From a virus, in IMG/VR virus record IMGVR_UViG_3300045988_111499, positions 1 to 58,860 of that record: 58,860 nucleotides of DNA, one strand, 5' to 3'. The notes beneath the pieces are model-generated. The model was given only the letters and a program-made list of their open reading frames with translations. It was not told where the DNA came from and did no database searches. Shown here in pieces: positions 18,009 to 25,929 of this stretch (position 1 is the stretch's first letter; the number at the start of each line of letters is the position of its first letter). Position numbers and translations under genes: made by a program.

Positions 18009-19384
18009 CTTCTCCTTTTTTTCTTTTTCCCAAAGACCTCAGCCTTGTATCTGTCTATCATCTTCTGCTCTTCCGTTCTCCGGTCGGGTTCGGCGGGAAT
18101 GCGGGCGTGTGTGATGCACCAATAGCGTAGAGCGTCCGGCAAATGAGTTAGCTCGTGCGGCTCTGTAGCACAGTCGTTGATGTTGTCCTCGTCCGCCTTA
18201 ATGGTGGATATGCACCTGATAAGATTTTTGCAGCTTGAGAATATCTTAATCCGCGCCGTCTTGCCGCCGTCTACATCATCGACTACCTTTAGCCGCTCGT
18301 GTATCTGCATCCAGCCGGATATGCGGTTGTTGTCGCTCTTTGTGAGCGGCACGCCGCAGTCTCTGTATATCTCATCAATTGTGCGTCCAGTGTCCTTTGT
18401 CCTGCTCCATAAGTCGGGCGGAGCGTATGTTACCCACCTTGTCTGTGACCTCGGCTCGCCGTGTTGAATAGCGGCGGCGGCATCTGAAACAATCAGTCCG
18501 TGCTTGTACACCTCTGATATTACATAAGCGTTGCCCTCGGTGTCAATCGCCACATACAGGCAAGCCAGAGCGTCAAGACCGTAGTCGATAGCCCTCTCAA
18601 TACGCCAATAATCGGGGATTTGGAACGGCTGAATAACGTGTACATCGGGGTCAAACTCCTCAAAATACACCGCTTCGTCAACGCCCCACTCACCAAGTCC
18701 CGCTACCCTGTACCGCGCCGGTTGAGTAAGCCGCATCCGCTCAAACTCCGCCTTGTCATCGTCTGACAGCCACTCATTACACATGTAGTTTGTCGTAATC
18801 GCCAGCACATCAGGGGACGGAGTATCGAAAAATCTCGGCTTAATCCATGTGCTCTCGCTCCACGGGTTAAAAGTGAGCGAAATCTGACGGAAATATCCGT
18901 CGGGAAGGTCGCCCATGAGAGAATCACACAGCTTGTCGAACTCGTCCTCGTCCTCTATCTCGTAGCACTCCTCACACCACAGCCAGCATATAGCACCAAT
19001 CTCGCACGTGATTGACGTAATTTTAAGCGAATCATCCAGTCCGCGAAAATATATCTTTTGCCCGGTGGGAATATATGTAATTTCGAGCGGTGATTCTTTA
19101 CATTTGAAGAACTCATCCACTCCGAAACGGTGAATAGCCCACTTGAGCTGCGTGTAACAGCTGTCCTTGAGCGTGTTTGCGTATCGTCGCACGACAAGAG
19201 CGTTTGAGAGAGGATATTTTATCAGCTGATAAATGAGCTTGAGAGCCTGCGTTGTCGACTTTTTTGAGCGGCGAGAGCCTTTTATCGCGACGTAGCGGCA
19301 TTTTGAACGCCACATCGTACCGTATCCGCTCCCTACAATGTCCGGCAGATACACCCGAGAGAGCTTGTCCGCCGCGTCAGTCAC
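18005..19384 (-). CDS. terL: Terminase large subunit (PBSX/Terminase_3-like)
   Basis: Walker A-like KGSRRSKKST and Walker B-like WLWCEECYEI. 459 aa. Confidence 0.85.
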   Translation of the reverse strand: MTDAADKLSRVYLPDIVGSGYGTMWRSKCRYVAIKGSRRSKKSTTQALKLIYQLIKYPLSNALVVRRYANTLKDSCYTQLKWAIHRFGVDEFFKCKESPLEITYIPTGQKIYFRGLDDSLKITSITCEIGAICWLWCEECYEIEDEDEFDKLCDSLMGDLPDGYFRQISLTFNPWSESTWIKPRFFDTPSPDVLAITTNYMCNEWLSDDDKAEFERMRLTQPARYRVAGLGEWGVDEAVYFEEFDPDVHVIQPFQIPDYWRIERAIDYGLDALACLYVAIDTEGNAYVISEVYKHGLIVSDAAAAIQHGEPRSQTRWVTYAPPDLWSRTKDTGRTIDEIYRDCGVPLTKSDNNRISGWMQIHERLKVVDDVDGGKTARIKIFSSCKNLIRCISTIKADEDNINDCATEPHELTHLPDALRYWCITHARIPAEPDRRTEEQKMIDRYKAEVFGKKKKRRR

Positions 19385-19817
19385 TTAGGTCGCCCTCTCC
19401 CGATATCACGACGGGAACGCCGCCGGATATCTTAGTCTCCTGCTGCGTCCTGTACTCCGGATAGCGTCCGAGCCAGATTCCGGCAAGCCGTGTGTTGAGC
19501 GTTCCGTCCTCAAAACGCCCTCTCACGTTGTTTTTGCAGTCAATCTCAATCTGCGCTATTACGCCCTCATAATCCTCATCGTCCTTGTACTGCACCCAAC
19601 TGGAGTATGTGAGAGGGAGATACAGGCAAAATCCCTCTTGCGTATAGGTGAGAGGGGCAAGCACGTCGGAAACAGTTGTTTCTTTCACTTTGTTTCCGTC
19701 GGCGTCAATAGTAGTGGTTGTGACCTGCCGTCTTTTCACGTTGTTGTCGCATTTCGCCTTGTACTTCTCCCACTTTTCTGCAATTTCGTCCGGCGTAAAT
19801 TTTTTAGGACGCCCCAC
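19377..19817 (-). CDS. terS: Terminase small subunit
   Basis: ORF track 19377-19946. Likely start is GTG 19817 (VGRPKKFTPDEIAEKWEKY...), a typical terS N-terminus. Overlaps the terL start. Confidence 0.6.
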   Translation of the reverse strand: MGRPKKFTPDEIAEKWEKYKAKCDNNVKRRQVTTTTIDADGNKVKETTVSDVLAPLTYTQEGFCLYLPLTYSSWVQYKDDEDYEGVIAQIEIDCKNNVRGRFEDGTLNTRLAGIWLGRYPEYRTQQETKISGGVPVVISGEGDLSD

Positions 19818-19990
19818 ATCTTGTGCTACAAACAAATGTTGACCCAATTTCTGCCACCCCCTTTTTAAATTCCTACCCAAATTGTAGGAGTTAGGCAAAT
19901 GTCTAAAATAAAGTACACAAATGCCGAATATCACTTTATGTGTCACTTATAGCACATTTTATCCGATTTGTCAAACATTCGTCCATCAAA

Positions 19991-20039
19991 ATTTTGTATT
20001 TTGGCGAACAGCTGTACAAATATTTTGTATTTTGGCGAA
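19991..20039. repeat. Two perfect 18-bp direct repeats ATTTTGTATTTTGGCGAA (19991-20008, 20022-20039)
   Basis: Read directly. They lie upstream of terS on the late-operon side. Confidence 0.85.
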
Positions 20040-20100
20040 ATAAAAAAAAGAAATATCATGATATTCCTTTTTTGCAATATTACAGTTGTAAAATAAGAAA

Positions 20101-20330
20101 GAAAAGAACCAAAAGAAAGAATATATGTAATATAGTATATCTATAGACTTAATAGCGGTCTTAATAATATAGTATAAGAGAGAGTATATATAAAAAGAAC
20201 TATAGGAATAACTATATTATAAGATACTATAAATATAGTATATCTATAGTACTATAGTAATACTATAAATATAGATACTATATTATATATTAATACTATA
20301 GTTTTATAATATACGCAAATTCGACTTTTT
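20101..20330. repeat. AT-rich array of TATAGT/ACTATA words with nested longer repeats
   Basis: ATATAGTATATCTATAG at 20130-20146 and 20233-20249. ATACTATAAATATAG at 20224-20238 and 20260-20274. No ORF. Confidence 0.85.
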
Positions 20331-20349
20331 TTCTTTTTTTGATTTGTGA

Positions 20350-20384
20350 GCAAATAAAAAGAGCAGGGATTACTCCCCGCCCTG
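20350..20384 (-). terminator. Terminator overlapping the stop of the RHH gene
   Basis: Stem CAGGG / CCCTG, followed on the minus strand by a T run. Confidence 0.45.
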
Positions 20385-20567
20385 TGAAAAGCCGTCCGCA
20401 CTCATCTGTCGGTCTATCGCCTTAACGATGTAGGCGTTGAGCGATAGTCCGGTCCTCTCAGCCGCCGCCTGGATAATGTCCTTGCGCCCCTTGTACACGC
20501 GCAACATGATAGTGTCGTAAGCTTTTTTGTTGTAGCGGTCTTTCACCTCGCTCGAGGTTTTTCCCAC
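20370..20567 (-). CDS. Ribbon-helix-helix (Arc/CopG-like) DNA-binding protein
   Basis: The segment ..KDRYNKKAYDTIMLRVYKGRKDIIQAAAERTGLSLNAYIVKAI.. shows a beta-alpha-alpha pattern. Start is probably GTG 20567, 8 nt after GGAGG. Confidence 0.65.
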   Translation of the reverse strand: MGKTSSEVKDRYNKKAYDTIMLRVYKGRKDIIQAAAERTGLSLNAYIVKAIDRQMSADGFSQGGE

Positions 20568-20611
20568 GTCTCTCACCTCCCCTCTTTCTCTCCTTATTAT
20601 ATCACATATAT

Positions 20612-20629
20612 CATACTGCTGTCAGTATG
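20612..20629. promoter_or_regulatory. 18-bp palindromic operator CATACTGCTGTCAGTATG (site 1)
   Basis: Palindrome with perfect 7-bp arms (CATACTG / CAGTATG), read directly in the RHH upstream region. Confidence 0.7.
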
Positions 20630-20674
20630 CAAAATCAACAAATTCCCTCTCATATCTTTGTGCAACATTCCCTA

Positions 20675-20703
20675 TTGACATACTGCTATCAGTATGATAT
20701 AAT
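20675..20703 (+). promoter_or_regulatory. Consensus sigma-A promoter (TTGACA, 17 nt, TATAAT) with operator site 2 CATACTGCTATCAGTATG (20679-20696) in the spacer
   Basis: -35 at 20675-20680 and -10 at 20698-20703. The palindrome fills the spacer. Confidence 0.75.
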
Positions 20704-20775
20704 ATAGTCACAGCGAGGGAAACAAAACCTCGACAACAAAATCAAAAAATGAAAAAAAATCAAGGAGAAAAACAA

Positions 20776-21027
20776 ATGAAATACTACGTACAGATGATAA
20801 TCGCAACAGGAAGCTACACTCAGGAGCTCGACCAGCCGGAAGAAATCGAGAAAGAAGAATTCACTCAGAAGAACATCAACGACTGGTGCGAAAGCTACAT
20901 CGCCGACAACTACGGAAGCGACGAAGACGAGCAAAAAGAAAGCGGAGCACCCGATATTGACAGCCTGGGATTTGTCCTTACCGATGAAGATGGAAACGAA
21001 ATCGAAACACTTTTCCACCGCGCTTAA
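20776..21027 (+). CDS. Highly acidic early protein (83 aa)
   Basis: ATG 20776 follows AAGGAG. First gene after the early promoter and D/E-rich. Confidence 0.5.
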   Translation: MKYYVQMIIATGSYTQELDQPEEIEKEEFTQKNINDWCESYIADNYGSDEDEQKESGAPDIDSLGFVLTDEDGNEIETLFHRA

Positions 21028-21122
21028 GACTCCGCCTGACGATGGCTGGGCGGCACCCAGCCGAAACCCCGCAAGGGGTCGCGGAAAGCCAAAAAATCAA
21101 AAGCCGAAAGGAAATACAAAAA

Positions 21123-21341
21123 ATGAAATTTGAAACAATATCTGAATACGAAATTTTGAAGCATGCCTACTATCACATCATGGATAAATGGCTCAAAAGA
21201 ATCGAGCAGAATGACGAATACAAGAAAAAATACGGCAGAGAAAGTAAAATCGAACGACACTGGATTGACAAGTACAACGAGCAGTTGAACGAGCTCCACG
21301 AAGCAATCTGCAAGTTTGAGCAGGCGGAAACAAGAGCATAG
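21123..21341 (+). CDS. Hypothetical helical protein (72 aa)
   Basis: Internal ATG 21123 of track ORF 21042-21341 (MKFETISEYE...). Confidence 0.5.
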   Translation: MKFETISEYEILKHAYYHIMDKWLKRIEQNDEYKKKYGRESKIERHWIDKYNEQLNELHEAICKFEQAETRA

Positions 21342-21420
21342 CAGAGTGGCGGGAGCAATCCCGTTAATGCGGTCCGGCAGGCGGTCACAAACCCCGACAG
21401 CCGAAAGAAAGGAAAAAACT

Positions 21421-21678
21421 ATGAAGAAACTTACATCACTCGCCCTTATCATTATGTCGGGCATAGTCTCCTGCTCCCCCATCAAGCAGGAGCGTTACCA
21501 AAGCGGCGTTTATACCGCCGTCAACAGCGGCTGCGGCTACATCATCACCGCCGACGGCAACGTATGGAGTTACTTCGACCGGTCAATTCCCAGCGGCTCT
21601 TCCGTCCTCGTCACCATTTCCGACGAGGGAACAGAGGAAATCGAAGACGACGTAATCACAAACGTTGTCGAAAAATAA
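21421..21678 (+). CDS. Small lipoprotein
   Basis: MKKLTSLALIIMSGIVSC is a signal peptide with a lipobox. ATG 21421 follows GAAAGGAAAAAA. Confidence 0.6.
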   Translation: MKKLTSLALIIMSGIVSCSPIKQERYQSGVYTAVNSGCGYIITADGNVWSYFDRSIPSGSSVLVTISDEGTEEIEDDVITNVVEK

Positions 21679-21702
21679 ATCTAAAAACTTTTGCAAAACC
21701 TG

Positions 21703-21731
21703 TTGACAAATGCGCCAATGGGTGGTATAAT
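21703..21731 (+). promoter_or_regulatory. Consensus sigma-A promoter TTGACA, 17 nt, TATAAT
   Basis: -35 at 21703-21708 and -10 at 21726-21731. Confidence 0.7.
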
Positions 21732-21774
21732 ATAGGCGTAAAGAAAAGAAAGACAAAATCAAAGGAGAAAAATC

Positions 21775-22698
21775 ATGAAGCTTATCGACAAAAACACAGG
21801 AAAAACCCTCTATTCGGTTCTCGGCGGAGAAAACCTCACCCTCGACGAAGCTATCGAGTGGGCAGGAGCGGAAGCCACCGAAGACCAGACCTACATCATC
21901 GACGGCGAGGAATACTCATACGAAGACCTCGACTGGGTGGCTAACAGCTACCAGCCCGACGACGAGCCGGAAGAACCCAAAAGCTGGGCGGTGAGAATCG
22001 CTCTCCTCCACGAAGACTACCCCTACGACGGTGAGACCAAAGCTTACTACGGATTCGACGAAGCAGAAGAAGATGCTCGCATCATAGCCGAGAGAATCGA
22101 CAAATGGGAAGATTCCCATTCTCGCCGCTCACGCCGCCCCGACGACCTCCCGACTGACGGAGGTGTCGACGGCTACGAGATAGCTTTTGAGTCATCTCCA
22201 GAACTCCACAACATCCTCAACACGCAGCCCGCCGAAAACCTCCTTTACGCTTACGTCGTCGAGAGCGGAAACCTCCTCAAAGTAGTCGACGAGGACGCGG
22301 AGGGCGGAATCGAGCTCCGCGAGCTGCTCGAAACCAAGCATAGCCGTGCGGTCGAACTCCGCTTCTCCTACTCCTTCGCCGAGCTCGCCAAGGAGGTCAT
22401 CATCGACCAGGGCAAGCGAATCACCGCCGAGGAAGCTATTAAAAGATACGGTTTTCTCCGCCTCATCGACGACATTTTCGCACAAAAGTGCTACGTATAT
22501 AAGGATTACGCGCTCGACATCATCGGCGAATATCACGAGAAATATGACGACGACGAGAAAAACGACTACTACGACGACGAGCACAGCTACGCTCACACGA
22601 TTAAGAGACTCACCGAACCCGGCTACCACATGACACAAGTAGAGCTCATCGAAAAGCTGGCAAAGCGCGACTGTTTCCCGGAGGGGGCAGTCCTTTAA
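21775..22698 (+). CDS. Acidic 307-aa early protein, function unknown
   Basis: Strong RBS AAAGGAGAAAAA. Very D/E-rich. Confidence 0.6.
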   Translation: MKLIDKNTGKTLYSVLGGENLTLDEAIEWAGAEATEDQTYIIDGEEYSYEDLDWVANSYQPDDEPEEPKSWAVRIALLHEDYPYDGETKAYYGFDEAEEDARIIAERIDKWEDSHSRRSRRPDDLPTDGGVDGYEIAFESSPELHNILNTQPAENLLYAYVVESGNLLKVVDEDAEGGIELRELLETKHSRAVELRFSYSFAELAKEVIIDQGKRITAEEAIKRYGFLRLIDDIFAQKCYVYKDYALDIIGEYHEKYDDDEKNDYYDDEHSYAHTIKRLTEPGYHMTQVELIEKLAKRDCFPEGAVL

Positions 22699-23077
22699 TC
22701 AAGTCGTCTAAAAAGCCGCAGAAATTCTCGGCGTAGAAATCTGAAAAGCCGACCGAGCGGCTATAAAAAGGATTTAGGCTCGGTGCGTCCTGCCGGAAAC
22801 GGCAGGGGTATCAAAATCGAAAGGTGAATCAAAGCGGAAGTTGATGAAATCATCAAATCAGCTGAAGCGGAAACCGCATTTTCGACCGACATCAACCGCT
22901 CGAAAAACATTATCGCCTGCTATCGTGTGAAAGGAACGCCGTTCTATTACGCTTCTTCCCCGAAAAAGACGAGGAATACCGCGCAAGGCGTGAGAAAATC
23001 CACGGATTGCAGAGCGAAATCGACTTTGAAAATATGGTAAAAAACGGTCAATTCCAATATTAAGGAGGTATAAGTCA

Positions 23078-23437
23078 ATGTTATTGTCAGATTTCCACCG
23101 TCTCCGCATCGCCGCGGAGGAATGCTCATCACTTGATGAGTACATCGCCGAAGAAGGCGGAAGCCTGCCGGAGGAATGCTACCCCGCCGACGGAAGCGGA
23201 GACGCGCCAATCAAGATTTTAACAATAATCTGGGAGCTGGCGCACGATTTTTGCGCATCAAAAGTCCGCGCCGTCAGCGGCATGACGCAAGCGGAATTTG
23301 TCCGCGAGTACTGCATACCGAGAAGAACCATCGAGCATTGGGATGTGGACGAACGAACGCCGCCGCCCTACGTCCTCGAGCTGCTGGCGGCGGATGTTGT
23401 GTCGGCGAAAATTAAGGAGGTGATGGAAGAAAACTGA
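23078..23437 (+). CDS. HTH DNA-binding protein
   Basis: The segment ..SGMTQAEFVREYCIPRRTIEHWDVDERTPPPYVLELL.. looks like an XRE-type HTH. RBS is AAGGAGG. Confidence 0.6.
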   Translation: MLLSDFHRLRIAAEECSSLDEYIAEEGGSLPEECYPADGSGDAPIKILTIIWELAHDFCASKVRAVSGMTQAEFVREYCIPRRTIEHWDVDERTPPPYVLELLAADVVSAKIKEVMEEN

Positions 23438-23681
23438 AAAAACAGAATGGCAACGGATTGGCGAAGCTACGCGGGGACTAGTAATGCATGGAAAAGCAGA
23501 GAAACGGCATCGCACAGTTGGCAAGGATTAGAGAAGCAGTGGAATAGCACTGCAATCAACAGATGGAAAAGCAAAGGATAAGCAGGGCGCAGATTCGCTC
23601 AGAGTGCCAAGAGAAGCAATGAAATGGCACTGCAATTATATAGATGGAAAAGCAGTGAAAAGGAAAAGAAAGGAATAAAAA
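23438..23681 (+). other. Non-coding T-poor purine-rich island A with two ~44-nt repeat units
   Basis: No ORF. GAGAAGCAGTGGAATAGCACTGCAAT (23531-23556) repeats as GAGAAGCAATGAAATGGCACTGCAAT (23611-23636). ATGGAAAAGCA occurs at 23488, 23563 and 23644. Confidence 0.7.
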
Positions 23682-24281
23682 ATGGCAGATTTTGTAGCAA
23701 AAAAGTTAAAAGTTAGATTGACGTTTGTGGAAGAAGTGTTAGGCTCGTCTCCATCAAGCGAGAAAATCTATAGCGAGTACATAGCAAGCAAAGCGCCGGA
23801 CTCGCTTGACACGGAGGACGAAATAGAAGCAATCGAAAACGAGGAAGACAAAGGCGTGACGGTCTTCCCCAAACAAAATGGCAAGCCAGGCGTGTGGGAT
23901 TATCAGATCAAAGGCGCGTTTAAGGACGCTTGCGGCGGTCTTTCCCGCGTAAAAACGACGGAATCAGCCAAAATCAAGGCTTACAAAAAGGTCATTGATA
24001 AGTTGATTTTTGTCGAGCCGCGTTTCGCACCGTATAAAGTCAACGGCGAGCTTGGCATATGCGAGCGACCGCTGAGGACAAGCGGCGCGACAGGCGAAAG
24101 AACAGCACTCGCCGCATCGGAAACACTTCCTGCCGGTTCTTCCGTCGAGTTCACAATTCTGCTGTTCGATGAAAAACTCGAGCCGGCAGTCCGCGAATGG
24201 CTTGACTACGGCAAGTACAGCGGTTTCGGGCAGTGGCGGAATTCCGGCAAAGGCAGATTCACCTGGGAAGAAATCAAATAA
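23682..24281 (+). CDS. Unknown-family protein, paralog of 35447-36103
   Basis: 199 aa. Shares an N-terminal beta-strand motif, an ..IKGAFKDA.. helix and the C-terminal GFGQWRNSGKGRFTW loop with the 218-aa protein. Confidence 0.65.
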   Translation: MADFVAKKLKVRLTFVEEVLGSSPSSEKIYSEYIASKAPDSLDTEDEIEAIENEEDKGVTVFPKQNGKPGVWDYQIKGAFKDACGGLSRVKTTESAKIKAYKKVIDKLIFVEPRFAPYKVNGELGICERPLRTSGATGERTALAASETLPAGSSVEFTILLFDEKLEPAVREWLDYGKYSGFGQWRNSGKGRFTWEEIK

Positions 24282-24292
24282 AGCAAAAAAAG

Positions 24293-24314
24293 AGAGCCGA
24301 AAGGCTCTTTTTTA
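24293..24314. terminator. Bidirectional terminator AGAGCC-GAAA-GGCTCT between convergent genes
   Basis: Stem with a GAAA loop, A run upstream and T run downstream. Confidence 0.7.
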
Positions 24315-24782
24315 TTTTGTATCCGTAATGTATTCCGTGTTTTCGTGCCGTATCCATCCTCGGTCAAGGTGCGTGTTGTCGTATATCGTCATTCCGACGA
24401 AAATAGCCGCCATTATCACCGCAATTGCCGCGCAAATGTATTTTTCGACCCGTATACGCAGTATCTGTCTGTCTTTGTCCGCTATAATCCGCTCGGTTTC
24501 CGCCTTTATCCGTTCGATTTCCTGCTGGTGTTCTTTTTTCATTGCTTCTATAACATTGCAAGCACTCTCTTCACCGGGAGGTTCTTCTCGCGTTTCCGTT
24601 TCTTCCTCGGAACATAGCCCCAGTGCTTTTTTGAGCGCGTTTGTCACTTCCACACTCGGAGATTTCACTTCGTTGCTGCAGTACCGATGCACCGTCGAGA
24701 CAGATATTCCCGTTTTGTCCGCCAATTCCTGATAAGTCATACCTTGCTTCCGTCGAGCTTCTTCAATTTCATTCCTTTCCAT
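24312..24782 (-). CDS. XRE-family HTH regulator with C-terminal transmembrane anchor
   Basis: GMTYQELADKTGISVSTVHRYC is the HTH. ICAAIAVIMAAIFVGMTIY is the TM segment. Confidence 0.7.
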   Translation of the reverse strand: MERNEIEEARRKQGMTYQELADKTGISVSTVHRYCSNEVKSPSVEVTNALKKALGLCSEEETETREEPPGEESACNVIEAMKKEHQQEIERIKAETERIIADKDRQILRIRVEKYICAAIAVIMAAIFVGMTIYDNTHLDRGWIRHENTEYITDTK

Positions 24783-24984
24783 TCGATTTTACTCCTTTTC
24801 AAATGTTTAATCAATGTTGTTCAACTTCAATCGTCGTGTTTTCTGTCGATTTTTCTGCATTTTCCCGTATTTGATGTGTTTTTCCCATCATTTCCCATAT
24901 CTGACTGTTGCTTTTCCCGTCTCCTTGTGCTATCCTAATTATACCATAGATTACCAAAACACACAAGAGGAAAGGAAAAAATAC

Positions 24985-25101
24985 ATGGATAATCGTAAGT
25001 TTGACTTGTTCGATATCATAAACCGGCTCAACGATAAAGGAATCGTTATCCTCTGGCGTTTCGCGAAGTTCTTGTTCAGTAAAAGAAAATACCGCAAATA
25101 A
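24985..25101 (+). CDS. Candidate 38-aa small protein (MDNRKFDLFDIINRLNDKGIVILWRFAKFLFSKRKYRK)
   Basis: ATG follows AGAGGAAAGGAAAAAA. This is the internal start of track ORF 24814-25101. Confidence 0.3.
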   Translation: MDNRKFDLFDIINRLNDKGIVILWRFAKFLFSKRKYRK

Positions 25102-25124
25102 ACACATTTTCCGCAATTACGGTA

Positions 25125-25153
25125 TTTACAAACGCGTGTTCGTGTGATATAAT
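25125..25153 (+). promoter_or_regulatory. Sigma-A promoter TTTACA, 17 nt, TGaTATAAT
   Basis: -35 at 25125-25130 and -10 at 25148-25153, with an extended TG. Confidence 0.6.
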
Positions 25154-25180
25154 AAAACCAACAAACCGCCGGAGGGGAAT

Positions 25181-25285
25181 ATGACAGTAACAGACTGCAT
25201 AAAGGAACGACTAAGGAAACTCACGCCGGAGCAGAAGAAAAAGCTACTCGACCTGCTCAAACAGGTAAAAAACGTCTCGAAATGA
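25181..25285 (+). CDS. Candidate 34-aa small protein (MTVTDCIKERLRKLTPEQKKKLLDLLKQVKNVSK)
   Basis: ATG is 4 nt after GGAGGGG. Has its own promoter and terminator. Confidence 0.4.
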   Translation: MTVTDCIKERLRKLTPEQKKKLLDLLKQVKNVSK

Positions 25286-25296
25286 GACGCTTTTTG
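25270..25296. terminator. Bidirectional terminator CGTCTC-GAAAT-GAGACG
   Basis: Hairpin flanked by an A run and a T run, between convergent genes. Confidence 0.65.
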
Positions 25297-25298
25297 CA

Positions 25299-25907
25299 TT
25301 ATTTGCTGGTTGTTATACGACTTGAATTGTCGCTTGCTTGATAAGTCACTTCGCAACCAAGCAACTTTGCTATAGATTTAAGCGGCACATATGCTGTTCC
25401 ATCGTGTACAAATGGCATTACAGCCATGCCGTTTGAATCAGTAAAATAAGCTCTCTCACCGTCTATATACACCGAAATACCATAAGTCACATCAAGATAT
25501 ATCTTGTTGTCCGGAATAATTTCGGGTATCTCTTTCTTCACGTCTGTTTCGCTCGTTGCATCTGTCTTTTCTTGTTGTATTTGTGCGATGTACTCTTCTT
25601 TGGTTATAGTGCCATATTTTTTGAGATATTCTTGAAGGTCTTCTCCGAGTTCGGATATCTTAATTTTTTCAGTTTCTTGAGTTTCCGTTTCTTTTGAAGT
25701 AGTCGAAGTTTGATACAATGACGTGTAAGGGCAAACTCCGTTTACATGCTGATGCGCCGGATAACCGTGATGATAATGGTATTCGCCTGTGCTGCGGTTA
25801 TAGTGTCCTCCGTTCGAATCTGTCCTGCCCGAGTGCGCGAAGCATAGCACAGACAAACCAATTGCTGTTACAAGCGAAAGAATAATTACAAATATTCGCT
25901 TTTTCAT
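25299..25907 (-). CDS. Secreted YHYH-motif protein with copper-amine-oxidase-N-like C-terminal domain
   Basis: Signal peptide, then HSGRTDSNGGHYNRSTGEYHYHHGYPAHQH, with C-terminal ..AYVPLKSIAKLLGCEVTY... Confidence 0.7.
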   Translation of the reverse strand: MKKRIFVIILSLVTAIGLSVLCFAHSGRTDSNGGHYNRSTGEYHYHHGYPAHQHVNGVCPYTSLYQTSTTSKETETQETEKIKISELGEDLQEYLKKYGTITKEEYIAQIQQEKTDATSETDVKKEIPEIIPDNKIYLDVTYGISVYIDGERAYFTDSNGMAVMPFVHDGTAYVPLKSIAKLLGCEVTYQASDNSSRITTSK

Positions 25908-25929
25908 TTCCCCCTCCTGATTGTTTTTT

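Noticed and set aside
20101-20330. Possible CRISPR array in the AT-rich repeat region (also considered for islands A-C)
   Set aside because: There is no regular repeat-spacer periodicity and no 24-40-bp conserved repeat unit. The repeats are short overlapping AT words, and no cas genes are present.
24811-25116. 101-aa minus-strand ORF between the membrane-anchored HTH gene and the YHYH gene
   Set aside because: It has no convincing RBS or promoter and overlaps a plus-strand ORF that does have an RBS. It is kept only as an alternative explanation in the small-ORF finding.
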